This document shows, piece after piece, positions 39,568-53,696 of a stretch of DNA of 64,000 bases (position 1 is its first letter; each line of letters opens with the position of its first letter). This stretch comes from Paraphysomonas bandaiensis. Its lineage: Eukaryota; Protista; Chrysophyceae. Location of the stretch: assembly GCA_965644295.1 (NCBI GenBank), contig CBFFRP010000371.1:62001-126000 (forward strand). Reading direction: 5' to 3'. A program made the position numbers and the translations under genes. The notes below the pieces were generated by a model. That model did not search any database, was not told the origin of the DNA, and was given only the letters and a program-made list of their open reading frames with translations.

Positions 39568-41264
39568 ATCGCCAAGGCGTTACACATTCGTAGACTTCGC
39601 TTTTTATGCATGCGTGGGCTAAATTGCATCACATGTGGTGAGAGGGCCCAGCAAAAAAGCTGCTCTCCTCAACTCAACTATACCGGCCTGATGCTCTGAA
39701 CAACTGAAGGTCTCTAAAAATCTACCGCATATATATATAATTTTATTCCGAAGACAAGGAACTCAAGTTCTTCGTCTTAGGTCGAGTAGATTGGGTAGAG
39801 GTGCACAAGCTTGAGCTTCTTAAAATGAGATTAAGTAGTGATTACCTGCTGTGCAACTTTACTGTTCTAGGATGTGGTGAAGCTGATATTTATAAACTCT
39901 TGTGCTACTTTTTAGCCCACCATTAGTTTTAAAAAAAGTCAAGTAGTGGTATATATAATATATATTGTCATTCATGATGATACTATAAGCACAATATAAT
40001 AGAAGAAGGTATGAATATAATATATAGTTGTGCTCAGAATATAATATATTATTATATATTATTCAAAACAATTTTTCTTCTGCGCTTGTTGGCATTCTTC
40101 TGCTGTGTGTTTGAGTTTTAGTTATTTTTTCACTGTTGTGCATCATATTATATATATATAATATGCAAGAACCATTCGAATTTAATTGGCAATTGTACGC
40201 AGTTTTAATATATTTAATTAATGCTGATTGCACTTTCAATTGTCAATTAACTGGGGCAGATATATTATATAGTTATCTCCCAATTATTATTGCAGTTATT
40301 TAATACTCTAACTAGTAACGTACGCCAGTCGCTATATATTAGCTCCCTGATGTCAGTAGATGTCAGGTGTATCAACATTATCAACTGCGTTTGCTTTTTG
40401 AGTGAAAGAGCAAAAAAGTGGTTGCACCTTAAGTATACATTATAAGTAAACAATATTATGCAAACGTGGGAATTTTACGATATCTTTGGAAATTTAAGAG
40501 TATTTACAGCATTTAAAAGTAGAAATGTTATAAAACTATTCTATTTGTGGTAAAATAGGGTTAGGGACAACAAATAATAATCTTTTAACCTTCTTATTGA
40601 TTGTGGCTTCCAAATGCTTTATGCTGCGCTATCGAGTTTGCTTGTTAAGACGCACCCTGTTCCGCTACCTGTTACCATCATCCAGCTTTGAACTGTAATG
40701 GCATTATTCCGAACTTGACACTCACTGTCATCGTCTTCTTCCTCATTGAGCAGTGGTATTTATTAAATTATACTATATATTAAAAGTCTAGGCGTTAAAA
40801 ACCTGCACCAATGAAGTGGCTAGTTGAATGCTAGACATACTATTTAGACCGCTACCCATAACTAATCGGCACAAATTCTATTATCCTACTATGACAGAAG
40901 CTGCTTGTGCGTTGCCGCAAGCACCAAGGTGCGACCACTTCCGTTCTTGGTGTTGATTGTGAGTTTCGCCATGATCGTGTGTCTGAGGACTCACTGGCAC
41001 GTTTTCTCAGGGGGTCTCCCCTTATTAAATTATACTTGTCATAGCACAGTACTGACTGAATTACGTTAAGAGGATAATATGGTGAAATAATAGTGATATT
41101 GTAGCAATGTGATTGTAAAGACACACCATTCACCAACACCAACAAATTGTATTTTTAAGAGCTACTAAGTTTTCAATTTCTGTGTTGTCTTTTAATAGCT
41201 ACTCCTATATTGTTGTCCTGAATAATATTCTGTTTTCATTGCTACATAAAATGCAGGATAGCTA

Positions 41265-41628
41265 CTAGCGATAGGCTTCAACAAGTATTTTAAACTCAAT
41301 CCTTCTCCGTCCGGGTAAAAGTGAGCCTTTGTTACCACCTTGTATCTTTATGACTACCTTTTTGAAATCAGGGTTCTGAATAATAGCAGCATTGATACCC
41401 AGATCACAATCGACAGTCGGGTGCCTTGTATGAGTCGTCGTGGAGATCGAGCTCATATTCACCTTCCTTCTGTAATACTATTATTCCTTGCCAGTATCAA
41501 ATTGATGATATTAAATATTAAATATACTTCTAATTTATAGATTGAAGCAGGTTGTAGTCAATAATAACTGCAATTACTATTTGCTGTCCCAATTTCAATA
41601 ATTGGCAATCAATTGATATGCAGCCCTG
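41265..41628 (-). mobile_element. Deleted hAT remnant: terminus plus transposase fragment
   Basis: INAAIIQNPDFKKVVIKIQGG aligns with NASIVASANFEKAAVKIKG of the 4.3-6.2 kb element. The terminus ...GCAGCCCTG and subterminal tgtccc[ag]atttcaat are shared with 32320-32388. Confidence 0.7.
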
Positions 41629-41848
41629 ATGCAATGTCTCTTATTGCGATTAATTAAGAAGCTGCCTGAGATTAAAATCATAAAGTATACACTGCTACAA
41701 AACCCTGGTATGTAGGTGTTGCCTGCAAATGCATTAAAAAAGAATAATAGAATTGTACTCACAAAGCCATTATTATAATATACTGAAACTGTGTGCTCAT
41801 CCATACTAACCGCTTTCGACATTAATCAAACACATCCAAAACCAATAC

Positions 41849-44800
41849 TTATTTTTTAACTACAAACTTGATAGGATCTGCATTGACTTGAAACTCTTCG
41901 TGAATAGCCTCCTGCATTAGATTAAACATTGTGTTTCTGAGAATGTCTGCAGACAAAGTTACAAATTCCTCTTGTATTAAAGCGGTTGCTGCACGGGCAT
42001 TCAACGCATCTTCTTTCTTTTTCGCTACAAGAGCACGATCTCTTGCTCCACGAGCAACATTCTGAATTTTTTGGGCGGCATAATTAAGCCCTTCAACCTC
42101 TTCAACTGATGAGTTGTCCAACATGAGACAAGTCTGTTGGCGTAATCCTAAAGATGGCTTCTTGGGCAAAGTGGCATTCGTGCCCTCTTCTCCAGCAACG
42201 CTTTCAGGTGGTGGAATTCCCCCACGGCCCTTCCGAAGTGGTTCAGATGACGACCTCCTCGTACGTTTCAAGCCACTAGACCTCTCACTAGCCAAAATAT
42301 CTAGTTTTTTCTCTAACAAAGCAGCAACCGGGTCACTAAGAGACAAGATAAAATCTCGTATCGGTATACTACTTGTACGGGTTGATTGCATTCTGCACAA
42401 ACATATACATTATTGGTGTGCGATATAAGTAATAAACATACATTGATTGAATTTCCTTGAACGACTGACTCTTTCTCGTTATTCCAAACTTTTGCACCAT
42501 AGTTTCAACGAGATCAACCTTTGTAACCTCCAGTTTAGATAGCTCTTCGCCGGATACAGTGCAGCCAGATTCCTTCAACTCGATGACAAGTTTCGTTGAC
42601 AAAGGGGTTTCTTGTACGATTTCTTTGAAATATACACCATACACAGGCCCGCCAACGGGTTCAATTCCACTACTGCCAGGAGTATACCCACTGACTGGCT
42701 GAGTGACGACGCGCGTTAACTAAACATCAAAGTAAGTAAAAAGTACAAAATATAGTCCACTACAGCACCTGCTCTCGTGTGTCAACAGCATTAAGCACAT
42801 CTTTAAATATTGATGTCAATACCCCATCGACAGCGCATCGAACTTCACTCTGCCGCTCGGAAATGGGCACGGGGCGACTTCCTGGGCTCTTAGTTGACCT
42901 CATCTCTGAGTTACTACTCCCTGGAAGTGATCCCGGTACTGAAATCCTCAGGGCAGATGCCGGAGAAGACTCTCGTGGTGGAACGAATGGCATCTTAACT
43001 GGAGCGACGTAGCCGTCCAATATACCTCGCTGTGGGCCCTTATCAAATACTGCAGAAATCACTTCTCGAGAGTACACTTCTCCTTCGATACGAAGATTTA
43101 GAACCTCAGATGGTCCCCGAAGCGCGCCCTTGGTCGCTTCCGAACTTCCAAAAAACGACGATCCTCCACGAGAAAACGATCCAGGAGAGCCACCCATAGA
43201 ACGTGATGCAAAAGAGTCCAACATACCACTAGAAAAGGAGCTGTCATTCAGGCCAGTAGCTGAATCTGCACCCGGAGTGCGCGTTCCTTTCATAGCGCCT
43301 GCGCCTACAGATTTGGACATACTTGTTGGATATGAAGATGTTCTACTAGCATCTCTGAATCCCATATTTTCCATGTAGCTAGACCTAGCTGCAGTAGGCG
43401 AACAAACGATCTCAGTGCGCTGAGAGCTTCCAACCTAACACATATTACGAGACACATATATAGTACTTTACATCACAAATACCTTGCTTCTGCTCCTCAG
43501 GCGATCCTTGATTTTATCATGCCTACTTCCTCCTCCTCGCTTAGCCTGTGCTCGAAGAACAGTTTGAACGATAATTTTAAGTCGATCGAGGAATATAATA
43601 GGCTGCATGTTCGCCGTTATAGTGACATTCAAAACAACTAAGCCAAGCGGAGGAATTGTACCCCTCTCAGGGGTAACAGCAAGAGATCCAATCTCGTATA
43701 GGTACGACGATCCTTCTTCAATAGAAAACTCCACGTCCGAAGAGGTATGATTTCGCAATACAACCAAACGCGATGCCGACAACGATTTTGGAATCACCTT
43801 GAAGTCTAACATATCTTCGGACAAGGAACTTATAGTTTCGACATCGACCAGTCTCTTTGAGGGAGGAAGGGCCCCAATTAACAGGCTTCCTGGGGCAGGT
43901 GGTCGTTCAAATCGTGGATCGTACCCTGCAGCCTTCAGAACAAGCTGCATAAATTTGAGACTGTTCAACAAATTTGCCCCCTCACGCATCGACTTCCTTC
44001 TGGACTGCATAGGTGTATCCATCGAACTAGGAAAATACTTGATACTGAGGTCAACAGAATAAGTCACAGCCGCAATGGGGTTGAATATCCACTCAATATA
44101 AGTTGACGAACGACCTGCAATGGTGCCCGTTGGATTTAAAACCTTGATGATTTCTTGATCAAAATTGTCTTTCGTCAGTTGCCGCAAAGTAGACTGGTCG
44201 ATTTCATATTTAACATCTAGCCGGCTCACATTAATCAACTCCATCCGTTGCAGAGGAAGTTCTCCAGGAGGAATGCCTATAGGAACAGAACTAAAGTTGT
44301 GGACTTTACTCGTTCCAGTTGTAGAAAAGAGCATCAAGCTCGGCGGGCGTTCCCCTCCACCAGTGCTGGCCCTACTCGATACAGATGGAGTTGCAACGAC
44401 ATCATTGGCAAGAGTTATACCAATAAAATCAATCCAAAACTGTTTTCCTTGACTCAATTTAAGGTGAACAGGAAGCTTGTGATACCCGCCATACTTCAAG
44501 CTAGTGTGGCTATAGCTCATAGTGATCACCATGCCCTCACCAGGGGCAAGCACACCTTCCCGAGGCTCAATATCGAAGCACTTTAATTCTTCCAGAATAC
44601 TGATCTGGGTCAATCTTTCCTCTGTCAGCTCATCTTCATCACACCACTGTTCTAAATCCAGTTCCTTTTCATTAGGAAGATTCATCTTAAACGATGTTGT
44701 CAAGAAACCACGATTCCTAATCTGTAAGTAGATCACTTGCCGCGGGCTCCCAATGACGTCAGGGGTAAATTGAAATTCAAATCGCTTTAACGACGAAAGA

Positions 44801-47800
44801 TCAGGTGAAGAAATAGTATTGAAATGGACTTCTTCATCGGTTAGGGGTAAATTCATCTCGTGATTTATTGCAGGTACAGAAAATTGAGACCATAATTGCC
44901 TGACATCAGAAACCAGCATGTCGACATCTGTCCTCAGGTCTTCAATCATAAGAGTAGGGAAAGATGCTCGGCCAGAGAGAGACATTGTGAGAGGCATGTC
45001 TGGAATATCAGAAGGAGCGTTTGCAGAAATATTTTGTTCCATCTTCATCTGAGCGTGGTGAAGTAATGCGCTCTCTTCATTGGATATTGTGAGTGGATTT
45101 CCACTACTGTCTACACTCTTCAATCTGCAGCATACAACAAATTCAAACAAGCCAGCTCTGTTGGGTTGAAAAGTAAAAAGTATGCTAGTTCGAGATCGTG
45201 CCGGCAAGAGGCCTTCCGGTTGCTCGCAAAAGAGGTTCTGGTGGTTCTCAGCTGTACCATCAGTGGACGCACTTGATTTCCTCATTGCTTGCATTGGGTA
45301 TGAGATAAACTCGGTAGATGTGGACCCAGCTTCAGGTGTGAACCCCATTCGATAATGTAATTCATACTGTAAAACACTGTCACACACATTCTCAAGTGTA
45401 ATATGCTGCGTTTCTAAAGTATTCACGAGCTTGACATCCGTTTCTACTTTGGGAGGGTCAAAAGCTATTGCTCCAACTCCTCCCTGAGCTACCAACATCA
45501 CCTTAAACTTCTGAAGCGGCTCAACCTTGGCGACAGTACCAGGTTGTCTCGCATCTATAACTTTGGATGGAGTTCCACCGATGGGGTACACATCCACACC
45601 CATTTTGCACGTCGTCTTCACCGGATTTTGAGGAGCATACGAGATAGTAACAGTCGTTTCCGCATTTCCACGTAAAAACCCACTAGAGGGCGATACGTTG
45701 AGGACACCACGGACAGTAGGTGGGAGATTACAGAAAAACCTCAACGGCAAGCGGGAACAATTTTTCATCACAAACTCTCTGGAACTCGACAAGCCAACAG
45801 ATGTAGGATTCATACAAAAGCTTTTCTGGTTATAAGGTCGAGATGGTAGGAGGGTTCCTATCTTCTGTGGAGTACCTTGAGTGAGGTCAGGGCAACACAA
45901 CTGAGGAAGAGCCCCAGTTCCTTCCAGCAGCAACTGGCCACCTAATGCACCATTTACGATACATTTAACCAGCTGCATCACTTTCTTCCGCGTCTTAGGA
46001 GTGAATTTGATGCATACAAGTGCAAAATCTTCAGCGGCAATTTCTCCGGCAGATGGTTTGACAGAAAACACACCATCTATATCATTACCTAAGGCTCTGT
46101 CTTCGTCAAAACCTAATTCAACACGAAATATAGATGGAAGATTGCTGCTGTTCGTCAGCTTAACTGTCTGGTATACAGAATCACCCAAGTAGCATGCAGG
46201 AAAAACAAGTTTCCCTTGTCGAACACCACCACTTCTCAGACCAACCTTGGCGAGGAGCTGACCACTGGAAAAGGTGTGTCCAGTCGCCCGAACAGTAAGA
46301 CACCAAGGTGGGGTAAGAGTCGGATCGTTCACCAAACGAAAGGTGCGCTGGTTTTTGAAGAAAGCTACAACCTCTAATTCACTAATAAAGTTTCGATTGC
46401 TCTGCAGAGGATGAAATACTATTTTGTACTTCTGGCTCCCACCTGGAGGAATTTCGGATGACGATGGCTCAATCGAAAACACAGGAGAGTTCAGGTCCAA
46501 GCCCATAACCGACGACGTTGCATCGTTACCATAATCACCGTGCACTCTTGGTGGAAACCAAAGGACAGCCACCTTCCCTCTTGTCCGATTCGTAAGTACT
46601 ACAGTGCGAGGCTGTGAAGAAGATTGGTACGGAGTAAACCCAAAATCCAAATCAGTAGTGTCAACTGTAACTCCACGACAATAAGGTTCCGTGTCATCAA
46701 TAAACAGTTCGTGTGCAGCAGCGACATCCACTCGTGAAGCTTCTCCGGTTCGAGTCAACGGGTTCCGCAGCATGGCAACAGATACAGCCCTCGTTCCATC
46801 AGTGCCTACCTGAGCGAATAGATCGCTCATGCCCTCGTTCTCGAGCATCGCATCCATTTCATCCGGGTTCATATCCCCAAGTCCAGCCGTACATCTGTTT
46901 CGGTAAGCTTGTATGTGGGCATGCCTAATAGGTGCAGGGCGTTGTTCTTTAATTTCACCCTTTGCCCGTATAAACCCAGTACCCATCATGTCGACGAAAA
47001 GGGGGAGAGCATCACCAATAAGTACAAACACACGACGATAGTAATTAATAGGTTTGGAAGGCGAAAACGAGATCTTTACTGGAACCTCCAACAAAGCCGG
47101 AATAACTCCTTGTCGAGGAAATACCTTGAAGGTAGCCTCTTCATCAGTCATGATACTAAAAGTGGTTTTCACGTTGCTGTGGTTTTTCAAGAAAAACAAC
47201 CGTGTCTCCAGCCCCCCAACGACGGTGTCTCTGAAATTAATGGAGTCTGCCGGCGAGCCGGCAGGAAAATCTTGGCCGGTCAAATTTTCTTTGTGTAAAG
47301 TAACTTTTGGAGGCATAGACGTACCAGAGCAAGTGAGCACTGTACGGCAGTCCCCGGGAGTGCGGAAGGTGTATTGGTCGAGGGAGTATGTTCCAGATGC
47401 AAGGGCTGAGTACGACACAGTGATAGCAATCTCACTCTGTGTCGGAACAACTCCGGTCCTGGGCGATATATGAAAAACTTCATCACGATCATTGTCGTGT
47501 CTGATACACTCGAACTCTGCAGGTACAACTCCTTGATTTCGTAGGAGTATTTCCTTTGTTACAGTTTCAGATGGCGTACCACTCAGCACCTCACCGAATG
47601 CAACCTCAGGCTCTGAGAGGACTATATAGGCGTATTTTCCAATTGCACTAAGTTTCGTTACTAAATGAGGTTCAGGTATGATGGCGTGTACTCCCTCCCC
47701 AACATGACATATAGCCTCAGATACGTAGACGGAACCATCTTCAGGGTATATGCTAACTTCGATATCCTGCTTGTGACCAACTGGGACAACTCCCTCCGAC

Positions 47801-48348
47801 GGATTTAATTTGAAGGGGTAAGAAACATCCCAGCGAAAAGGGGCATCTACTTCGCCGAAATTCTCGAGCTGAAATACTCTGCTAGTAATTTGATGAGTTG
47901 CACAAAAACCTAAGTCCACCCCGAAAGGAGATGACACTTGTAGTTTCGAAATCAGCGCACGAACTGGAACACGAAATTCTCCACTCCCTTCACCATGTTG
48001 CATTCGGAAGAGGATAAAGTCATCATATGGATCGTATACAACAGGACGAAACACTACATCAAGTTCTTTAAACATACCAGGGCTTAATGTGATAACCTCA
48101 GGATATGCCAGTGAGAAATATCGTGTAGAAGGTAGTTTATACTTTAGTTTCTTAACTGAAGTAGTAACGTTTCTAACGATAAGCTTTTGTACGTATTCTC
48201 CACCTGGTTTCCATTGCCCTGCTGCAAATAGGATACCATCTCCTTTCGGACCCACACATTCAATCCCAAATCTCTTTATACGTTCTTGTGGATCCATTAT
48301 CATAGATGAGCAATTGCTCGTAGAAGAATTGAATAACTCTGTTGACAT
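41849..48348 (-). CDS. CFAP65: Cilia- and flagella-associated protein 65 (CCDC108) homologue; ~4.9-kb first exon plus about 3 further exons
   Basis: N-terminal WKPGGEYVQKLIVRNV...LKYKLPSTRYF; tandem ASH/Ig-like repeats; NYYRRVFVLI...PLFVDMMGTG; DLEQWCDEDE; C-terminal IQ-like AAQKIQNVARG and ILRNTMFNLMQEA. Confidence 0.88.
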
Positions 48349-48653
48349 TTGTACGATAATTATACAAAACTCATCGTATTATGATACTTACTAAGTCTTA
48401 ATGAATATCCTGTACACACACATATATATAGAGAGAGAGCACCCCTTACTATATATGTACACAACATACACCTGTATGTATATTATCACTTTCACTTCCT
48501 CACACTTCATTTTTTTTTTTACTTTATTGTGCAACGTCTATTTTCAGTTTACAAAAAGATTTAAAAAATATGTGTCCCATTAAGATATATAAAATATATA
48601 ATTTGAAATTATTTTTTCTTATCAAGGTATATGAATGTTTGTTTTTATAGTGG

Positions 48654-48658
<5 letters not shown>

Positions 48659-48689
<31 letters not shown>

Positions 48690-48706
48690 TGTATGTATGT
48701 ATGTAT
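48659..48706. repeat. (TATG)n microsatellite in the CFAP65/MYB3R divergent intergenic region
   Basis: Read directly from the sequence. Confidence 0.95.
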
Positions 48707-49011
48707 ATTGTTGGCGAAAACTCAACGCTTAACTTTAACAATAAATCTGTGCCATAGTTGCCTATATATATATATTGGAACATATATTGCCTTTATGAGA
48801 AGGATAATAATTCAATATTATTATTATTTCATATATTTGGCAGTAAAGTATTGACGTTATTAATTATAATTCAAGGCACAACAGATATATATTACTACAT
48901 CAGGTAAACTAGAATATAATATAAGTTATATGCATTATAATTTTAATAATTAATCTTTATATTAACAGCCTCTTTGACCTACGACTACATATAAGTTTGT
49001 TGTAGGCTTAG

Positions 49012-52000
49012 ATGGAAGAATCAAACGCCACAACTATATTGCCCGTGGCAACACCTGTTCTTCAAGGCAAATCTGAATCACAGAGCTCATATAGTGGCGA
49101 TGTTACTAAAATTGATACTACTGAGCCGGTATTATCTGACTCTGAAATTGATGATTGTGCATCGCCCTCTCAACTTGTACTAAGAAAGGGAGAGAAGGCC
49201 AAATGGACATCTGAGGAGGTATATCATTCTAGTTGCCCTGTATAGATTGTAATGAGCACTGCATTCAGGATGAAGTGCTGAGGGGGGCCGTGAAAGAGCA
49301 CGATTTTAAGAACTGGAAGAAGGTTGCAGAGCATTTACCTGGGAAAACAGAAGTACAATGTCTTCACAGATGGACTAAGGTTCTGAATCCTGAACTGACC
49401 AAAGGTCCTTGGACAGAAGAGGTGCCTTTTCATTACGTCGTATTTAGGTGCATCTGATTGGGCTTGTGTACAGGAAGATGCAAAGGTCCGCTATCTTGTT
49501 GGCGTGCATGGAGCGAAAAAGTGGTCAAAGATAGCTTCTCAGCTTCCTGGTCGAATTGGTAAACAGTGTCGGGAACGATGGCACAACCATCTCAATCCTG
49601 ACATCAACAAGAAGCCATGGACAGATGACGAGGACAGACAGATTATAGTGGTACATTGTTATTTTATATACTCGTATCGGTTGGGTGACTTGGTGAAAAT
49701 AGGCCCACGGAGAACTTGGGAACAAATGGGCTGAGATAGCCAAACAACTGGACGGTCGTACTGATAATGCCATCAAGAACCACTGGAACTCGTCAATGAA
49801 ACGTAAAGTAGAACTTTTCCTAAAGAACAAATATGGTGATGAAGGCGGGCAGCCGGATCCTAATGATGGACATTACACCTTTTGTGAGTATTGCTTCTCG
49901 TTTGTATATAACATCCCTTAACGAATCATGCAGGCTCTGATGATGTACCCGATATGCTCACATTTGTTCGAGAAAAGGGGAAGAAAAGTGGTAAGGAGAG
50001 AAAGCCACGTAAGACTTCCGTCTCCTCTCCAGGTGCGAAAGAAAAGAAAGAAAAGAAAGAGAGAAAAAAGAAGAAGTTGGATACACTGGAGGAGGGTGTC
50101 GAAACTACACCTCTGACTGAGTTCATTGCTGCTGCTGGTCGTGAAGTCGAGCGAGCAGAGTCAATGCAGAATGGGTATATTGAACAGCCGCATATCGAAG
50201 CGCTCAACTTTTCCGACTCTTCATACCCATTGGTTCCTCCAAGAATATCTGGTGCGGTATCCCCAACCTTTCCATGTAGTTTTTGATATCATTCTCTGCA
50301 GCCCCACGCAAGAGGAAACCCCTAGATGTGAAAAAGGTATCACCTCATATAAAGGGCGTTGATGGCCTCTCCCCTATCAAAGAAAAACGTAAAAAGAAAT
50401 CAAAGCTGCAGACAATAGGTAGTGGAGAGGGCGGCGCCGTGACAATGACAGACTCCGAGCGCCGGAGGGAAGCGGAACGCCTGGGTGTGAGCATGGATTC
50501 AATCTGTAGCGATTCGTCATTCTTGGATACGAGCACGGACAGTACTCACGATATGCTGCTCAACTGGTCTACGGGACCTGTGGGAGAGCAGCAAAAATCC
50601 AAGGAGAAGAAGGTACACTCCCGACAGTCGACATCTTGAACTGTGGTTGATGTCTTTGCAGGGCGGACGGAGCAAGGCTCCCCTACCGATTCGTAAGCCT
50701 GTTGATAGTACTCCACAACAGAAGGCTCCCCGCAAAAAACGTCGGTCAAAGCAAAGCAAGGAGGAAGAAGGGTTTGGATCGGCATCTCGGGTGATGGCTG
50801 GTAGCACCTTGACACCTAATTTCGACCAAATGGGTCTCACAGATATTGAGCCGTTTGGATATCGATGTAGCAGTCGTGGTGGGGCTGTCGGAGTGGACGC
50901 TGATGATGTAGCCGCCCTAACTTCTCTCTGTACTCCTGGTATTTTTTCACCCTCAACGAAATTTTTTGATAGCGCATCACCTCGTCCGGCTCACAGTTTG
51001 ACGGGGTCACATGGTACCGGTCTTCCTTCTGCGGGTAAACTTATGGGCACTCCTCGTGGAGGTGTGTAATTCTCTGTATTGTTTATATGTACCTGACAAC
51101 TTATTAGACTCTTACTTCTCAACGGGTATGACTCCGGGAACAGGTGCGGCATTCGGCACAGAAACGCCAATGATGCCTTTTGGTTTCTCATCCACCTCTA
51201 CTCCTTTGTCTGAAATCAGCTTCAATATGTCGCCGTCCATATTCTCCCCTAGCGGTGGTGGTTTTAACGTAGGTGATATGTCATTTAGCGATTTGCAGTC
51301 AACAATTAAGAAGAAGAGACCTCCTGCGGAACACTCGCCGCTTGTGGGCAAGGGTAACACATCATCGGCTTCGTCGTCCCCGTCCGCCCTACACGTCCTT
51401 GCGACAATGTCAGCCACCAAGTCCAAACAGGGTAAACGCTCGCGTAGCCCGTCATCTTCCTCCCCTCTTGATAGGAGTAGCAACATATCGGATAGTTTTG
51501 GAGATTATTCGAGTGGTGCTTTGGGCAGCAATGTGCATTTGTTTCAGGATATGTGTGATGGTCATCCTGGGAGTGCTGGAAAGAGCTCTGAAAGTAGACT
51601 TCATAACGGCATTGCTACGAGTAATGGAAGCAGAGGTGGCGCAGTGGAAGCTACTGCGACAAGCCACGACGATTCCATGATTGCTCCAAGCACTGCTGAA
51701 ACAACTGCGATTAGCGGAATGAGCGAGTCCTCTGTTGTGGCAGCTTCGGAAGGAGACCAGTGCACTGACAGTGGAAGTGGTCCATTGAACACTTTCAACA
51801 CAACATGTGTGGACGAAGAGGATTCGTTTTCACGACATGTTAGTTCCGCTGCGGCATTTACACCTAATTCAGTGCTGAAAAAGCGCAATTTTATGGGACG
51901 GTATGGAGATGTTTCTCGGGGGTCCCCTCTCTGCGATGATGACAGAGAAAGCCTTCGCAAGAGGCTCAACACCACTGCCTTTTGCGAAGAAGTGGAGCCT

Positions 52001-52099
52001 ATGGTCGTTGATTTGAAGAAAACTTCACCTTCTAAATGCCTGGGGAAAATTGATAGCCCACATCAACACATTGAACGCAGAGCCCTGGACATGAGGTAA
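49012..52099 (+). CDS. MYB3R: R1R2R3 (3R) MYB transcription factor; multi-exon
   Basis: R1 KWTSEE/DEVL...[28 protein letters not shown]; R2 KGPWTEE/ED...[26 protein letters not shown]; R3 KKPWTDDED...[29 protein letters not shown]-rich tail. Confidence 0.95.
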
Positions 52100-53696
52100 C
52101 AGTACCACTGCTCTAAGTCATGGTTCTGACATTATATTATATTATGTAGTAATGTATCCGATCGGACGGAGGGTGAGGTTAATGACTCAGTTGATGTGTC
52201 TGTCGGTGTATCTGGACGTGGATATTCCGCAGAGTCCAAGTGTTTATTTGTGAGTCCGAGTCGGCATATTGATGGGATCAGCAAAACAATTAAGAAGGAT
52301 GACGTGCATGTTGGAATGCAAAGCGGACAAGTAAGATGGGCATTTAGTTTATTGTACAATACTGTTTCTAACAAGGAATCATGTTTAGGAAGAAAATAAC
52401 GCTTTAGCGGTACTGCTTTCATTAAAGGCCGACCGAATGGTTCAGTAGGCTGTCGATAAGCAGAAGTTGTGTCTTGTCTTTTACTATATCAAATATTTTA
52501 GACGTAATGATAGTCCACATTTATCAATATTATGAGAATAAGAGCACCGCATACTTCAACATACTTCAGTGTCTGTTAAAGCTGCAGAAGGTGTCAACAT
52601 AGCATCGATACAGATATATTTGGTGCTTAATGGGTTGATTTGCTTCATTATATTAAGTTTGGTAATAATTCAGTGTGTTTGTTGAACATTTCCTGCAGTT
52701 TTTGTGTGCCGCGTCGATAGTAGATGCAAGGAAGTATTCTACCCATGACTTCGACATTTCTTGAAAAAGGAATGTCTTGGTGCACAGTTAAAATTATTAT
52801 TATTACTCTGTTTACATTCTTTTTCTGTCTATACGATTTCGAGTCACAGCTATTCAGTTCACAAGTAAACAAAAACGTAAGTATGCAATATTAATTATAG
52901 ACTTCGTAGGAACTAGGAGCTATACAGACGCAGTCTATATGCGCTACATCTACTACAACTTATACTGGTACTACGTACTACATACGCTTCTATAGCATAC
53001 AATGTAGCAAGCAATGTAAAAATCTGCACATAAACTGTCTTCAATTATACATTTCATATTTCTGAATGCGTATATCATATATCATAGTCCATTGAACATA
53101 TAAAAGTCGAGAAAATTCTAAATGAAAAAAACGTCTAGTTTTCATACAGCGTACACAGTGTGAATATTGATAAGCAGAATCAAAGTAAACGAAATTCGTT
53201 AGATTAGATGTCCTCATACATCCATATATCATGTATCTATCCATTGAAGTGTACAGAGACGCAGGAAATAAACTTCAATATGAGGATGTGTACTCAAGAA
53301 GAAAAAAATAATGCATAGCAATAGAAGAGAACTACAGCTGAGGACAGTCAATACATATTCAAGAGGAGACTCTTCCGTCTATTGATATCAAACAGGCAGA
53401 CGACTTTTCATGAATCTTCACCACGTTAGCGAGCATACCTTTGTATGAAAGGAGTGAACAGTGGCACGGAACACACATCATATCTGGCATTACAACACTC
53501 TTCTTGTGGAGTTTTCTATGCGGAGATATACTGCTGTATGTAGTGTTGATTGTTATGTACAGTAGCAAGTTGTAAATACCTCATCATATGTGAAAAGTTG
53601 AACGAGATAGTGTTGTAATAATTGTCACGAATCGGATAGAGTTCTAGTGGAGGTAATGTAGGTGCATGAATCTATGTATCTTGTAGAGGAACAGCA

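Noticed and set aside
42650-42680. tRNA T-loop/B-box-like GGTTCAATTCC
   Set aside because: It lies inside a CFAP65 exon on the opposite strand and forms no cloverleaf.
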